From: Escherichia phage UE-S1
Sequence record: ON568341.1
DNA: 64,000 nt
Reading direction: 5' to 3' (one strand)
Shown here: piece by piece, positions 63,645 to 64,000 of the stretch
How positions within the stretch are numbered: the stretch's first letter is position 1
Layout of the letters: the number at the start of each line of letters is the position of its first letter
Program-made: the position numbers and the translations under genes
Notes under the pieces: generated by a model
What the model was told of the DNA's origin: nothing
Databases searched by the model: none
The model's input: the letters and a program-made list of their open reading frames with translations, nothing else

Positions 63645-63670
63645 CACCCACCGATTTTTTGTGATATAAT
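63641..63670 (+). promoter_or_regulatory. sigma70-like promoter
   Basis: TTGACA(63641-63646), 18 nt spacer, TATAAT(63665-63670); hairpin CCCTTTA..TAAAGGG follows. Confidence 0.5.
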
Positions 63671-63703
63671 CCCTTTATATTAATTTTAAAGGGTTATAAC
63701 ACA

Positions 63704-64000
63704 ATGTCCAACGAACTCACATTCACCAATGCACAAAAAATAGCAAAAGACATTATCAGGGTTTATAAATTCCTTGCGAATGTTACTGAAGATTTTTTAA
63801 TTGATAAAAATAAAGTTATTAAGCGAAATGGATACCTTTCCTTTATGGATGGGTTGCTCTATAGTTCAGATGAGTCAGCTTGTAGTATTAGAGTACTTGA
63901 TACTGTACCAAGTGGTGATTTTATTTCATACCATTTTCCAAGTTCAGATAAGTTCAAATACTACAATAGTATTCTCATAGCAGAAGACTTTGATACGATT
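63704..64000 (+). CDS. hypothetical protein (partial, runs off window end)
   Basis: ATG 63704 downstream of promoter; ORF open to window end. Confidence 0.45.
   Translation, partial: MSNELTFTNAQKIAKDIIRVYKFLANVTEDFLIDKNKVIKRNGYLSFMDGLLYSSDESACSIRVLDTVPSGDFISYHFPSSDKFKYYNSILIAEDFDTI

Noticed and set aside
1-64000. Integrase, transposase, reverse transcriptase (DGR) or other mobile-element machinery that could explain the paralog diversification
   Set aside because: No ORF in the window shows recombinase or RT motifs (no YxDD box, no tyrosine or serine recombinase signatures), and no template/variable repeat pair was seen. Diversification looks like duplication and divergence with cassette recombination instead.

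Overview
The window reads as a hyperplastic accessory region of a virulent, AT-rich tailed phage. A T4 endonuclease V (DenV) homolog and sigma70-type early promoters suggest a T4-like phage, but that is inference. No rRNA, tRNA, CRISPR array or transposase/integrase was recognised. Nearly all coding capacity sits in tandem paralog arrays whose products I cannot assign a function; all motif and repeat calls were made by eye without alignment tools. The main blocks, in order: (1) 1-3.9 kb: small + strand genes including denV, two protein-kinase-like mini-proteins and a P-loop NTPase, separated by terminator hairpins that double as promoters. (2) 3.97-6.75 kb: eight tandem, translationally coupled small membrane-protein genes. 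(3) 7.5-18.0 kb, - strand: nine tandem ~245-396 aa paralogs sharing the N-terminal tag MLPFGRMVKYGNI. Eight carry RCC1-like beta-propeller repeats and one is glycine-rich; each is its own promoter-gene-terminator cassette. (4) 18.1-21.6 kb: about 14 tandem ~60-75 aa paralogs (MNNHKEYY...LLIYRY). (5) 21.6-23.6 kb: ORF-free region with iteron-like CTAG-rich repeats and other direct repeats. (6) 23.6-41.7 kb: higher-GC early region with about 48 small genes, most behind their own TTGCAA/TTGACA-16-TGTATAAT promoter and a conserved 5' leader hairpin (GGGGAGnnnGGTTCTCCCC) next to the SD. (7) 41.9-48.1 kb plus outliers: about 30 tandem ~70 aa paralogs with an LGTNYQE motif. (8) 47.5-63.6 kb: about 26 tandem 100-240 aa paralogs with an E-x-x-F-Q-x-S-L-V-x-D motif. 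The candidates I would look at first for a novel system are the tagged beta-propeller array and the two very large small-protein arrays.
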